This document shows positions 42,347 to 52,592 of a stretch of DNA of 64,000 nucleotides, one piece after another. The position numbers were made by a program, and so were the translations under genes. Within the stretch, counting starts at the first letter, position 1; every line of letters begins with the position of its first letter. Below the pieces are notes generated by a model. That model was given only the letters and a program-made list of their open reading frames with translations. It had not been told where the DNA came from and did not search any database. This stretch comes from Gammaproteobacteria bacterium (GTDB taxonomy: Bacteria; Pseudomonadota; Gammaproteobacteria; Ga0077554; Ga007554), in contig JAMPIW010000007.1 in the NCBI GenBank assembly GCA_040183005.1, forward strand, positions 1,246,188 through 1,310,187, given 5' to 3'.

Positions 42347-42460
42347 CTCCTTATTTTGAGCGGTTGAGTCCTGGTTAAGCCAAAGTGGGTAATGCTCATA
42401 TCGTCCTGTTGCTTGCTTTTCTTTAGGCCATTATTTCCGGCGTACTGTTAAAATGATGCT

Positions 42461-44674
42461 ATGCCTAAATCCCAACCTATATTGCGCCTTGCCATCCCCT
42501 CACCGCTACACCGCAATTTCGATTATCTGCCTCCACCCGGCTGCGATACTACCCAGCTCCTGCCCGGTGTGCGTCTGCGCGTGCCGTTCGGCAGGACAAA
42601 AACAATTGGCATACTGTTGGAGGTGGACTCGCAAAGCACGGTGGAAGGCGCACGGCTCAAGGCGGTGCTGGAGGTGCTGGACGAGCAGCCGGTGTTGCCG
42701 CCGGACATCATGCAGCTCGCCAGGTGGGCAAGCGGCTACTACCATCACCCCTTGGGCGAGGTGCTTTCCGCTGCACTGCCTGGACTGCTGCGCACGGGGC
42801 ATACGCTGCAAATACGGGGCACTCGCTGCTGGCTGCTTACTGAGGCGGGCAAGACTGTTGAAATCAGCGACCTGTCCCGTGCCCCGCGACAAGCGGCCCT
42901 GTTGCGTTTACTGCAAACCTCTCCTGACGGGATGATCGCAGAACAGTTGGCGGAGCAAACCGGCGATTGGCGGGGAGCGATGCGCGCGCTCATCGAAAAA
43001 GGCTGGGTGGAGAGCAAGGAAAGTCCCTGCCTGACGGTACCGGATCGAAAACCCAACGAATCCCCACCATCATTAAATGTCGCTCAAAACGAGGCTGTCA
43101 CAGCAGTGTGCGGCTCGCTGCAACGTTATCAGGCATTTCTGCTGGATGGCGTCACTGGCAGCGGCAAAACCGAGGTTTATCTGCGCATCATTGAGCAGGT
43201 GCTTGCTCAAGGACTTCAGGCGCTGGTGCTGGTGCCGGAGATTGGACTTACCCCGCAGCTTGTCACGCGTTTCCAGCATCGTTTCAATGTGCCGCTGGCG
43301 GTGTTGCATTCAGGGCTATCCGACCGGGAACGGCTGACCGCCTGGCTGATGGCGCGTGACGGACAGGCACCTATCGTCATCGGCACCCGTTCAGCGGTGT
43401 TCACGCCACTGGCCCGGCCCGGTGTATTTATTATTGACGAAGAGCACGACCTGTCACTCAAACAGCAGGAGGGTTTTCGTTACTCGGCACGCGATGTGGC
43501 GGTGATGCGCGCGCATCAGGCACAGATTCCCATCCTCCTGGGTTCCGCCACCCCCGCGCTGGAAAGCCTGCATAACGTCACCACCGGGCGTTATCACCTG
43601 CTCACGCTGCCGGAACGGGCAGGTAGCGCGCTGCACCCCACTATTGAAGTGCTGGACGTGCGCCACCAGCCCATGGAAGACAGCCTGTCCCAGCCCTTGC
43701 TCAGCCTGATCAAACGCCACCTTGCCGGCAACAATCAAGTGCTGCTGTTCCTGAACCGGCGCGGCTACGCGCCCACCCTGCTCTGTCACGACTGCGGCTG
43801 GGTTGCCGAGTGCCGGCGCTGCGACGCGCGACTGACATTACATCACGGATCGCGCCTGCTGCAATGCCACCACTGCGGCACGCAACGCCACATAGACAAG
43901 CACTGCCCGAAGTGCAACAGCGCGGATCTACGCTCATTGGGACACGGCACCGAGCGCATAGAGCAGGCGCTGCAACGCCACTTTTCGAACACCCCCGTGC
44001 TGCGCATTGACCGCGACAGCACGCGGCGCAAAGGCGCATTACAGGCCTTGCTGGACAGCGTGCATACAGGCGAAAGTCAAATATTGATCGGCACACAAAT
44101 GCTCGCCAAGGGCCACCACTTTCCCGATGTCACATTGGTCGGCATTTTGGACGCGGATCAAGGATTGTTCGGTGCCGACTTCCGCGCCAGTGAGCGCATG
44201 GCGCAGTTGATTGTTCAGGTGGCCGGGCGCGCGGGACGCGCCGACAAACCGGGGCAGGTGGTAATCCAGACCCACCACCCCGATCATCCCTTGCTGCATT
44301 TGCTCATCACCCAGGGCTATCACAGCTTCGCCGCAGCGGCACTGGAAGAACGGCGCGAGACACATCTGCCCCCGTTCAGCAACCTGGTGCTGCTGCGCGC
44401 CGAGGCGGGCAACCGTGAGCTCCCTCAGCAATTCCTCAACGAGGCGCGCACCGCTGCTGAAATACAGATGATGGAAGGTATTGAATTAATGGGCCCTGTG
44501 CCTGCCCCAATGGAAAAACGCGCGGGCCGTTACCGCGCCCACCTGTTGCTACAGGCCACGCGCCGCAGCGATCTGCACCGCCTGCTCGACGCCTGGATAC
44601 CCCGCCTTGAAAAATTGCCGCTGGCGCGCAAGGTACGCTGGGCGCTGGATGTGGATCCGATGGAGATGTTTTAG
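42461..44674 (+). CDS. priA: Primosomal protein N' (replication restart helicase)
   Basis: 737 aa. Walker A GVTGSGKTEVY, DEEH box, and Cys4 zinc-binding region (CHDCG...CRRC...CHHCG...CPKC). Confidence 0.95.
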   Translation: MPKSQPILRLAIPSPLHRNFDYLPPPGCDTTQLLPGVRLRVPFGRTKTIGILLEVDSQSTVEGARLKAVLEVLDEQPVLPPDIMQLARWASGYYHHPLGEVLSAALPGLLRTGHTLQIRGTRCWLLTEAGKTVEISDLSRAPRQAALLRLLQTSPDGMIAEQLAEQTGDWRGAMRALIEKGWVESKESPCLTVPDRKPNESPPSLNVAQNEAVTAVCGSLQRYQAFLLDGVTGSGKTEVYLRIIEQVLAQGLQALVLVPEIGLTPQLVTRFQHRFNVPLAVLHSGLSDRERLTAWLMARDGQAPIVIGTRSAVFTPLARPGVFIIDEEHDLSLKQQEGFRYSARDVAVMRAHQAQIPILLGSATPALESLHNVTTGRYHLLTLPERAGSALHPTIEVLDVRHQPMEDSLSQPLLSLIKRHLAGNNQVLLFLNRRGYAPTLLCHDCGWVAECRRCDARLTLHHGSRLLQCHHCGTQRHIDKHCPKCNSADLRSLGHGTERIEQALQRHFSNTPVLRIDRDSTRRKGALQALLDSVHTGESQILIGTQMLAKGHHFPDVTLVGILDADQGLFGADFRASERMAQLIVQVAGRAGRADKPGQVVIQTHHPDHPLLHLLITQGYHSFAAAALEERRETHLPPFSNLVLLRAEAGNRELPQQFLNEARTAAEIQMMEGIELMGPVPAPMEKRAGRYRAHLLLQATRRSDLHRLLDAWIPRLEKLPLARKVRWALDVDPMEMF

Positions 44675-46384
44675 TTATTTCAGCCCTGATCTGGCCTTGA
44701 TAAATTCCACAACCTGGATCAGAGGAATATTCTGACTCTCTGCGTCACGCCGTCCCTTATATTCAATCACACCTTCGTCCAGCTTGCTCTCGCCAAGCAC
44801 CAAACGGTGCGGGATGCCAATCAGCTCCATATCCGTGAACATCACGCCCGCGCGCTCCTTGCGATCGTCGTATAACACCTCGACGCCTGCCGCCTGCAAT
44901 TCACTATAAAGGGTGTCAGCGGCGTCACGGATGCGCTGTGATTTGTGCATATTCATCGGCAACAGTGCGACCTGGAAAGGCGCGATAGCGTCGGGCCAGA
45001 TGATGCCCTTGTCATCGTTGTTCTGCTCGATGGCGGAAGCGACGATGCGCGACACGCCGATGCCATAGCAACCCATCGTCATCACGATGCTGCGTCCTTG
45101 TTCATCCAGACAGGTGGCGTTCAGCGCCTTGCTGTACTTGTCGCCCAGTTGAAAAATGTGGCCTACCTCGATGCCACGGCGGATCGCCAGCCGTCCCTCG
45201 CAACGCGGACATTGCTCACCCGCGCGCACTGTGCGCAGGTCGGCCACCGGCGGTAGCGCCAAGTCTTCGCCCCAATTGAGATTGATCCAGTGGTAATCCA
45301 GCTCGTTCGCGCCGCTGGAGAAATTGCGGGCCTGGGCGGCCTGCTGATCCACCATCACAGTCAAACCGGCGGGCAGTCCCAGCGGGCCAACAAAACCCAC
45401 CGGTGCGCCGGTGGCGGAAAATACTTCGGCGACTTCCGCCATACGCAGATTTGTCGCACCGAGAGCACGCGCCGCTTTTATCGTGTTGAGTTCGTCACCT
45501 CCACCAATAAAAAACACTACCGGTTTATCATCGGCGATCACCACCACGCTCTTGACGATGCGCTCAAAGGAGATGCCAAGCATCTGCGCCTGTTCGTCGA
45601 CAGTGCGGATGCCCGGTGTAGAGACTTTCTCCTTCTCACGTGGCGCTTCATGCGCGGGCGCGGGCAGGCGACTGGTGGCCATTTCTACATTCGCGGCGTA
45701 GTTACAGCTATCGCAAAATGCGATGGCGTCCTCGCCCGAATCGGCCAGCACATGGAATTCATGCGAGTAGCGCCCGCCGATACTGCCGGTGTCTGCCTCC
45801 ACGGGACGGAATTCCAATCCGAGACGCGTGAAGATGCGCGTATAGGTTTGATGCATCAGATCATAGGTCTCTTGCAGCGAAGTCTGATCGAGATGGAAGG
45901 AATAGGCATCCTTCATGATGAACTCGCGGGCACGCATCACGCCGAAACGCGGGCGGGTCTCATCGCGGAACTTGGTCTGAATCTGATAAAAGTTGGAGGG
46001 CAGCTGCTTGTAGCTGCGGATCTCGCGGCGGATCAGATCGGTGATGACCTCTTCGTGCGTCGGGCCAAAACAAAATTCACGACCGTGGCGATCCTTGAGA
46101 CGCAGCAGCTCCGGCCCATACTGCTCCCAACGTCCGGACTCCTGCCACAGCTCGGCGGGTTGCACGGCGGGCATCAACACCTCCAGCGCCCCGGCGCGGT
46201 CCATCTCCTCGCGCACGATGGCCTCTACCTTACGTAATACGCGCAGCCCCAAAGGCAGCCATGTATAAAGGCCGGCAGCAAGCTTGCGGATCATCCCGGC
46301 GCGCAGCATCAGTTGGTGGCTAATCACCTCAGCATCGGACGGGGTTTCTTTGACGGTAGATAATAAAAATCGTGATACGCGCAT
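44675..46384 (-). CDS. proS: Prolyl-tRNA synthetase
   Basis: 569 aa, class II aaRS with an editing insertion. Its stop codon directly abuts the priA stop. Confidence 0.95.
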   Translation of the reverse strand: MRVSRFLLSTVKETPSDAEVISHQLMLRAGMIRKLAAGLYTWLPLGLRVLRKVEAIVREEMDRAGALEVLMPAVQPAELWQESGRWEQYGPELLRLKDRHGREFCFGPTHEEVITDLIRREIRSYKQLPSNFYQIQTKFRDETRPRFGVMRAREFIMKDAYSFHLDQTSLQETYDLMHQTYTRIFTRLGLEFRPVEADTGSIGGRYSHEFHVLADSGEDAIAFCDSCNYAANVEMATSRLPAPAHEAPREKEKVSTPGIRTVDEQAQMLGISFERIVKSVVVIADDKPVVFFIGGGDELNTIKAARALGATNLRMAEVAEVFSATGAPVGFVGPLGLPAGLTVMVDQQAAQARNFSSGANELDYHWINLNWGEDLALPPVADLRTVRAGEQCPRCEGRLAIRRGIEVGHIFQLGDKYSKALNATCLDEQGRSIVMTMGCYGIGVSRIVASAIEQNNDDKGIIWPDAIAPFQVALLPMNMHKSQRIRDAADTLYSELQAAGVEVLYDDRKERAGVMFTDMELIGIPHRLVLGESKLDEGVIEYKGRRDAESQNIPLIQVVEFIKARSGLK

Positions 46385-46546
46385 GGTGTGTCTTTCTTAA
46401 GTGAAGTCATGGAATTCTACTGGTGTATATGCACCACGTACAGCCCTGTACAAGCTGACGTAACCTTATGAAAGCGACAGGTCACGCACTCTTCCTGTGC
46501 TTATGATGGGAAAAGTGTAGGAGTCTCTCCGGCAGGCCGCCAGTAC

Positions 46547-46575
46547 CGTAGGCTGGGATGACAATCCCAGCTTTT
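46547..46575 (+). terminator. Orphan plus-strand intrinsic-terminator-like hairpin (gctgggat-gaca-atcccagc + UUUUACC) in the proS/patatin intergenic region
   Basis: Read directly. No plus-strand gene lies upstream. Confidence 0.35.
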
Positions 46576-46685
46576 ACCATACAATCAATAAGCCTCACTC
46601 TTGTTCGCATGTGTTCAGACTCCCCCGCAACACCTGTCGTAATTTTCCGTGCAAAAACAAACTCCGCCTTTGCTGTGGACGCGGC

Positions 46686-47552
46686 TCACTTCCTACGCCA
46701 TCCCTGGATTTGCTTGCGGATCAGCGGTAATGCCGCTTGCGCCGCCCTCTCTCCTTCCAGAATAGCAAGATGCTTGCTTTCGAAATCGGTGGCGCCAATC
46801 ATGCCCGTGTTGGGGCGAATCACTATGTCGGCGCCGGCTAATTCATAGCTGCTTATCGATTGCCCCATGATGGTGAAGGTCTGCAACAGGACGTCCAGCG
46901 TGTCTTCGATCTTGGCGGCGCCTGGTTTTTTGGAGATGTCTACCGCGATCACTATATCAGCGCCGAGGCTCCGCGCCGCGTTGACGGGAACGGGGCTGAC
47001 CAACCCACCGTCCACATATTCGTGCCCGGCAATCGAGACCGGTTGAAACACGCCTGGTACGCTGCTGGAGGCGCGCACTGCCATGCCGGTATTGCCGCGC
47101 CGAAACGCGACCATTTCCCCGCTTTGCAAGTCGGTAGCCACGGCGGCATAGGGTTTAGCCAGGTACTCGATACCCCGGTTCTGCAACGCCTTGTTTATAA
47201 ACGTCTGTAATTGCTCACCCTTGATGAAGCCACGGGACGGCAGCATATAGTCGCTCACGCTGGATTCTTCCAGCTGGAATGCGATTTTCTGTAGATCAAA
47301 GCCGGTATACCCACCGGCGTATAGCGCACCGACCACGCTTCCGGCGCTGGTGCCGACCACCATATCCGGCACGATGCCCTGCGCCTCGAGAACCTTGATG
47401 ACACCGATATGAGCGAATCCCCGCGCCGCTCCACCACCCAGCACCAAAGCGATCTTCGGTGGTGGCGGTGGCTTGACCGCCACTGGTGGGGGCACGCGTG
47501 GCACCTCCTTTACTACGGGCGGAGCAGCACATGCGGCTACAAGCCAAATCAT
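46686..47552 (-). CDS. Patatin-like phospholipase, probable lipoprotein (start uncertain: 47552 or 47651, or a non-ATG start)
   Basis: Patatin motifs LVLGGGAARGFAHIGV, GTSAGS and a DGG box. N-terminal lipobox-like LVAAC. The ORF track extends to 47978 but overlaps the neighbouring cytochrome gene. Confidence 0.7.
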   Translation of the reverse strand: MIWLVAACAAPPVVKEVPRVPPPVAVKPPPPPKIALVLGGGAARGFAHIGVIKVLEAQGIVPDMVVGTSAGSVVGALYAGGYTGFDLQKIAFQLEESSVSDYMLPSRGFIKGEQLQTFINKALQNRGIEYLAKPYAAVATDLQSGEMVAFRRGNTGMAVRASSSVPGVFQPVSIAGHEYVDGGLVSPVPVNAARSLGADIVIAVDISKKPGAAKIEDTLDVLLQTFTIMGQSISSYELAGADIVIRPNTGMIGATDFESKHLAILEGERAAQAALPLIRKQIQGWRRK

Positions 47553-47709
47553 TAACGAGAAGCTCAGGCGGCGGACTAAGGAGAACGTGTGAAGACCACG
47601 CTGCCGGTTGGTGCCTTGGCCGATTGGTCCGGGGCCATTCGATCTATTCATGTTCGCGCAGCAGAGTGGAAATACCAGAAACCCTGCATTCGGCATCCAA
47701 TAGGCCATG

Positions 47710-48912
47710 CTATTTAACGCGATGTTTCTTAGACTTATTGACCTCAAATCCCTCACCCAAAGACGGTGTACTCGATGGGTTGAGGTTCTTGCAAGTGTCG
47801 CTGGCGAGCCAGTCGGCGATGGGTTTCCAGGGGCCAAACTGAGCTTGCTCGGCAGAGAAGGGAAAGCCCTTGGGTATGGCGCCAACATTAAGCGGCAGGT
47901 AGGGTGGTCGACTGCAGGGCGAGTGCTGAAAATAATAGGTCTGCCACCATACCGAATCACGCGGCAGGGTCGCGACATAAGCCATTACATTCAGGGCCTC
48001 TTGGTCAGTCAGCGCGCCGGGGCTGGTGAGCGGCATCTGATGTTTTATGAATGCCGCCCCCACTGGAATCATGAATGGTCCACCCGCATGAGAGAAGGAT
48101 GCGCTGCCCGCGAGGGGCGGAAATACAAAGCCAACGCCATCTTCCCATTGCCCCAGGCCGTCTTCGCCGTGACAACCGGCGCAGCTGTTCTTAAATATCT
48201 CGGTGCCCGCCACTGGATCGGCTTTCATTTCCAAAATGTTTGGAAAAAGCGGAATACGGCTGCCCGGGATCTTGGCCACGTCCTTCAGTGTTTTAAAGGC
48301 CGGAATCAGAATACCCTCGCCAGGGTAAACCCCATCGCGCACTGCTGTTATCCACGCGATCAGTGCATCCATTTCGAATGACTCGGTGGGTATAACGACG
48401 ATGCTGCCACATTCACGCCCACAATCGCGCGCTCGCAGGCGTGCGTCTCGATGGTACCCCAATCCGCCGAAATATTCGCCGCGATCACCCTGTTCCTTCA
48501 GGCCGAAATGCGTGAGAGTACGGAAGAATGGCCAAGCGTAGGGGGTGGTGCCGCTTTGGCCGTGACATGACGTGCAATTGATGATTTTCCCTTCAGCGAG
48601 CGAAGGCTTGCCATCTTTCCGGCCATCACCGATCGTCGTATAGGTGTTATTGACGAGACCATATCCGAATAAAATCAACCGTCCCTTTTTCGCATCTCCT
48701 GCGAACGTACCAGCGGCCAATTCTTTCCTCAAACGTTCAATGTCCGGGGCGCGATACCACTGGGTGCCAGCGGCCAGAATCTGTCCAGAGGACAGCTCCA
48801 GATCCGTCTTGAGGAGATAGTCCTGCGCTGAAGGTAGTATGTGAACGGATGCATTTGCGTAGCCGCCGAGCACGACCAGCACGAGGCATACGATAACTTG
48901 AAATACTCGCAT
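47710..48912 (-). CDS. Periplasmic diheme c-type cytochrome (two CxxCH; possibly TsdA/SoxA-like thiosulfate- or sulfur-related, unproven)
   Basis: Signal peptide MRVFQVIVCLVLVVLGGYANA; heme motifs CTSCHG and CAGCHG. SD GGGAGG 7 nt upstream of the ATG at 48912. Confidence 0.65.
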   Translation of the reverse strand: MRVFQVIVCLVLVVLGGYANASVHILPSAQDYLLKTDLELSSGQILAAGTQWYRAPDIERLRKELAAGTFAGDAKKGRLILFGYGLVNNTYTTIGDGRKDGKPSLAEGKIINCTSCHGQSGTTPYAWPFFRTLTHFGLKEQGDRGEYFGGLGYHRDARLRARDCGRECGSIVVIPTESFEMDALIAWITAVRDGVYPGEGILIPAFKTLKDVAKIPGSRIPLFPNILEMKADPVAGTEIFKNSCAGCHGEDGLGQWEDGVGFVFPPLAGSASFSHAGGPFMIPVGAAFIKHQMPLTSPGALTDQEALNVMAYVATLPRDSVWWQTYYFQHSPCSRPPYLPLNVGAIPKGFPFSAEQAQFGPWKPIADWLASDTCKNLNPSSTPSLGEGFEVNKSKKHRVK

Positions 48913-49099
48913 GGTCTTACCTCCCAACAGAGCAAACAGCCAGTCCAACCTAACAGAAATGCCCGCGGCATTCAAATAGCCTGTATGTCCATTCGACCGG
49001 CAGACAAACCGAAGTGCACTTTTTTTGATCTATATCAAATGCCATGCGTGTTTTTTAAGCCACTCTTTACACAGAGCCACCATCCGGCCAAAAAAAATC

Positions 49100-49142
49100 T
49101 AGACAAAGTCTAAATTACATGGTTAAATTTAGATCAAGTCTA
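49100..49142. promoter_or_regulatory. Two palindromic sites, TAGACaaaGTCTA (49100-49112) and TAGATcaaGTCTA (49130-49142), 30 bp apart in the divergent promoter region between the diheme cytochrome and ccp genes
   Basis: Read directly. Each site is flanked by TAAATT. Confidence 0.45.
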
Positions 49143-49225
49143 ACTCAGCGGCAGTGGCGGGCGAAATTGGAAAAAATTTACTTACATAACAGTGGCATTA
49201 GTAAAATCAACAGGAGGAGCAGAAA

Positions 49226-50269
49226 ATGAAAATCATGATTCGTGCATTACCGTTTGTCATCGGCAGTGTCTTGTCCATAGGGTTAGCGCCAAACGCATCG
49301 GCCTTTGAGGCCCTGCCCAAACAGCCGCCCATCCCCAAGGACAACCCCATGAGCGCCGCCAAGGTGGAGCTGGGCAAGCAGTTATATTTTGATCCGCGCC
49401 TGTCCGTGAACGGCACGCTATCCTGCAACTCCTGCCATGACGTGAGCGGCAGCGGCACGGACAACCGCCCGGTATCCATCGGCGTGGGCGGCAAGGCGGG
49501 TGGACGCAACGCCCCCACCGTATGGAATGCGGCGTTTCTCACCACCCAGTTCTGGGACGGACGGGCCGCCACGCTGGAGGATCAGGCCAAGGGACCGATC
49601 ATGAACCCCATCGAGATGGCCATGCCCAACGAGAAGGCGGTGGTCGACCGCCTTTCGTCGATCCCTGGCTACAAGGTGCAGTTCGCCAAGGTGTTCGGCG
49701 GCCCCAATGCCCTGAGCTATGACAACATAGCGAAGGCCATTGCAGCCTACGAGCGCACCCTCATCACTCCCAACAGTGCGTTTGATCGCTTTGTGAAGGG
49801 CGATAAAAAAGCATTATCACCGGCGGCGCAGCGCGGCATGAAAACCGCGCAGGATGTGGGGTGTACTGCGTGTCACAGCGGCGTGAATTTCGCTGGGCCG
49901 GCATTGCCGATGGGCGAAGGGTTTTACCAGAAATTCCCCATGATGGAGAACAACGACTATGTGGCAAAGTACAAATTGGCCGAGGATGAAGGGCGTTTTG
50001 AAGTCACCAAGAACGCGGCCGACAAACACATGTTCCGCGTACCGACCTGGCGCAACGTGGCCTTGACCGCACCGTATTTCCACAACGGCGCCGTCAAGAC
50101 CCTGGACGAAGCGGTGCGGGTAATGGGCAAAACCCAGCTCAACAAGGATTTGAGTGCGGAACAGGTCAGCGACATCGTCGCGTTCCTCAACAGCTTGACC
50201 GGGGAATTCCCCAAGCAGGCAATGCCGAGATTACCTGCCACGCCGAACTTCAGCGTGGTGAGTGAATAA
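49226..50269 (+). CDS. Diheme cytochrome c peroxidase (CCP/MauG family)
   Basis: Signal peptide. CNSCHD and CTACHSG heme motifs and a conserved PTWRNVALTAPYFHNG block. Confidence 0.85.
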   Translation: MKIMIRALPFVIGSVLSIGLAPNASAFEALPKQPPIPKDNPMSAAKVELGKQLYFDPRLSVNGTLSCNSCHDVSGSGTDNRPVSIGVGGKAGGRNAPTVWNAAFLTTQFWDGRAATLEDQAKGPIMNPIEMAMPNEKAVVDRLSSIPGYKVQFAKVFGGPNALSYDNIAKAIAAYERTLITPNSAFDRFVKGDKKALSPAAQRGMKTAQDVGCTACHSGVNFAGPALPMGEGFYQKFPMMENNDYVAKYKLAEDEGRFEVTKNAADKHMFRVPTWRNVALTAPYFHNGAVKTLDEAVRVMGKTQLNKDLSAEQVSDIVAFLNSLTGEFPKQAMPRLPATPNFSVVSE

Positions 50270-50284
50270 GTCAGGGTATAAACA

Positions 50285-50312
50285 AAGGGGCGCGAATGCG
50301 CCCCTTTTCTAT
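50285..50312. terminator. Bidirectional rho-independent terminator (aaaggggcgc-gaat-gcgcccctttt)
   Basis: GC-rich 9-bp stem flanked by an A-run and a T-run, between convergent genes. Confidence 0.75.
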
Positions 50313-50327
50313 GCACCACCCGGTGGA

Positions 50328-50687
50328 TTATTTGACCACCGAAGCCGAAGAAACAAAAATGATCCTATCGAATGTGCGATTCAGCGTTTTACTGGTGAAC
50401 TTCTCCATCACCATGCTCTCGGCAAAACGCACCTTATCGCCCACTTTGGCCTTGGTGGTCGGCGCGGCAATCCAGAACCGTTTGCCGTCGGCACCTTCCA
50501 GCTCCATGTAGGTATAGATAGAAGCGTCCTTAGTGGAGACCACCTTGCCTTCGCTGGGCGTGGCAACCTGCGCCACGTTGCCGTGGGCCGCATCTACGGG
50601 AGCCTTTTCCGCGCCTACCGCCAGCAGCGGTCCGAACGAAACCGCCGTTATCAGGGCCATAGCAGCGGGTAAATAAGATATTTTCAC
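50328..50687 (-). CDS. Hypothetical periplasmic protein (GTG start with SD GGAGG; signal peptide)
   Basis: VKISYLPAAMALITAVSFGPLLAVGA signal peptide. The mature ~95 aa has no recognised motif. Confidence 0.4.
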   Translation of the reverse strand: MKISYLPAAMALITAVSFGPLLAVGAEKAPVDAAHGNVAQVATPSEGKVVSTKDASIYTYMELEGADGKRFWIAAPTTKAKVGDKVRFAESMVMEKFTSKTLNRTFDRIIFVSSASVVK

Positions 50688-50782
50688 AAAACCTCCATAA
50701 TTTATCGTATTAATCATCAATCCAGAGGCGCACAACGCCTATTTCATTCACTATGACAGACAACTGGGACACGTAGTTCCTG

Positions 50783-51640
50783 TCAAGCCAGCCAATACGT
50801 CTCGGTAAAGCGCATGGAAAGGTCAATCGCATGCAAGTGCTTGGTGATTGCGCCCAGCGAAATAAAATCCACCCCAGTGTCGGCGATCTGGCGCAGGTTG
50901 TCCAGACCGATGCCGCCAGAGGCCTCCAGTTTAGCCTGTCCAGCGTTTAACGCAACCGCCGCACGCATCTGTTCCAGGTCGAAATTATCCAACAGCAGGA
51001 TATCCGCACCCGCCGCCAAAGCCTCGCGCACCTCGTCGAGATTTTCCACTTCCACTTCCACCGGCCGGTCTTGGGCATGGACGCGTGCCGTTGCTATTGC
51101 CTCCCGGATGGAACCTGCGGCGAGAATGTGATTTTCCTTGATCAGAATGCCGTCGTACAGCCCATGCCGGTGATTGTGGCAGCCGCCGCAACGCACGGCG
51201 TATTTTTGCGCGTCGCGCAGGCCGGGAATGGTTTTACGGGTGTCGAGGATTTTTACCTTGGCGCCTTGCACCGCATCGGCGTAATGCCGCGCCTGGGTCG
51301 CGGTACCGGAGAGGGTTTGCAGAAAATTCAGAGCGGTGCGTTCCCCGCTCAACAGCGGCCGCGCCGGGCCATGCAGTGTGCACAATGTCTGGTTGGCAGT
51401 TACGGCATCGCCGTCGACGGCATGCCAGGTGATCTGAATGGCGCTATCCATCTGCCGGAAAACAGCGTCAAACCACGCCGTTCCGCACAGCACGGCATCC
51501 TCACGGCTGATAACGGTGGCATCACACACCGCATCGACCGGGATCAGCATGGCGGTGACATCGCCGCTGCCAATATCTTCGGCGAGTGCGCGGCGCACGG
51601 AAGCATCAATGTCGCTGGGTAATACGCGTTTTTCGCTCAC
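50783..51640 (-). CDS. nadC: Nicotinate-nucleotide pyrophosphorylase (quinolinate phosphoribosyltransferase), GTG start
   Basis: 285 aa with a conserved C-terminal TIM-barrel ([12 protein letters not shown]). Confidence 0.9.
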   Translation of the reverse strand: MSEKRVLPSDIDASVRRALAEDIGSGDVTAMLIPVDAVCDATVISREDAVLCGTAWFDAVFRQMDSAIQITWHAVDGDAVTANQTLCTLHGPARPLLSGERTALNFLQTLSGTATQARHYADAVQGAKVKILDTRKTIPGLRDAQKYAVRCGGCHNHRHGLYDGILIKENHILAAGSIREAIATARVHAQDRPVEVEVENLDEVREALAAGADILLLDNFDLEQMRAAVALNAGQAKLEASGGIGLDNLRQIADTGVDFISLGAITKHLHAIDLSMRFTETYWLA

Positions 51641-51647
51641 GCTTCAA

Positions 51648-51882
51648 CCTAAAAACGGCAGTTGGACGGGGTAGAGTGTGCGGTTTTCGGGGTGCAGGGC
51701 AAGGCGCAACGACGCGGAATGGTTGTTCCATTCCAAGGAGTTGCAACGCCGCCATGCGCACTGAAAATCGTGCAATCCACCCCGTAGCGGGCCTCACCAA
51801 ACAGATGAACCCGCAGGATATGATAAAGTCTCACAAACATATTACTAGCCACCCAAAGAAGCGGTCAACTGCCGTTTTTAGG
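51648..51882. repeat. 235-bp element bounded by 19/20-bp inverted repeats, CCTAAAAACGGCAGTTGGAC / GTCAACTGCCGTTTTTAGG. It fills the nadC-hda gap and provides the hda stop codon.
   Basis: IRs read directly. The last hda codons plus TAA lie within the right IR, and the left IR ends 8 bp before the nadC GTG. Confidence 0.55.
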
Positions 51883-52591
51883 TTCCAATAACTCCCTTGA
51901 TAAACGGTATGGTCAATTTGCGCTGGGCAGCCAGGGAAGCATGGTCAAGGCGCTCCAGCAAGGTGAACAGGGCGGGCATGTCGCGGCGCTCGCGGCGCAA
52001 CAGAAACTGCGCCACGTCAACCGGCAGCTCAAGCCCCCGCTGACGCGCACGCAATTGCAATGCAGCGAGCATGCCCTCGTCATCGAGGGCATCAAGATGT
52101 AATACCAGCCCCCATGCCAGGCGCGAGGTTAGGTCGGGCAACACCACACCCAACCCGCCGGGCGCGGCGCTGCCAGCGATCATGCAATGTGAGCCGCTGT
52201 CGCGCATGCGGTTGTATAGATGAAACAGTGCCGCCTCCCATGCCGCTATCCCGGCTACCGCCTGGATGTCGTCGATGCACACCAATGCGAGCTGCTCGAA
52301 TCCCTCCAATAGTCTGGGCGAGAACTCATCGGCCTGCGCCAATGGCACATAGGCGACAGCCTCGCCGCGCGCGTTCGCCTCATGGCAGGCGGCCTGCAAC
52401 AGGTGGGTCTTGCCAACCCCAGGGGCGCCCCACAAATAGATCATTTGCTCGCCTTCGGCACACGCGCTGCGCTGCACAGCGGAGACGGCCTCGCTGTTGG
52501 CGCCAGGGAAATAATTGGCGAACGAGGCATCATCGCGCAAGCCTATGCCTAATGGGAGTTGTGCCATCACGGGAAGGACCGCATCTTTCAT
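51878..52591 (-). CDS. hda: DnaA regulatory inactivator Hda (AAA+)
   Basis: GAPGVGKTHLLQA Walker A motif. Start at an internal Met (52591 or 52567). Confidence 0.85.
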   Translation of the reverse strand: MKDAVLPVMAQLPLGIGLRDDASFANYFPGANSEAVSAVQRSACAEGEQMIYLWGAPGVGKTHLLQAACHEANARGEAVAYVPLAQADEFSPRLLEGFEQLALVCIDDIQAVAGIAAWEAALFHLYNRMRDSGSHCMIAGSAAPGGLGVVLPDLTSRLAWGLVLHLDALDDEGMLAALQLRARQRGLELPVDVAQFLLRRERRDMPALFTLLERLDHASLAAQRKLTIPFIKGVIGT

Positions 52592-52592
52592 C

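Noticed and set aside
42453-42935. 160-aa Cys-rich alternative-frame ORF overlapping the priA 5' end
   Set aside because: It lies in an overlapping frame of priA. The priA frame has Walker A, DEEH and zinc-finger motifs, whereas the alternative frame is a compositional artefact.
45290-46237. 315-aa plus-strand ORF antisense to proS (also 33713-34408 antisense to ileS, 22895-23611 antisense to guaA, 38675-39454 antisense to proB, 52060-52596 antisense to hda)
   Set aside because: These are long antisense ORFs typical of high-GC DNA. The sense genes are unambiguous.
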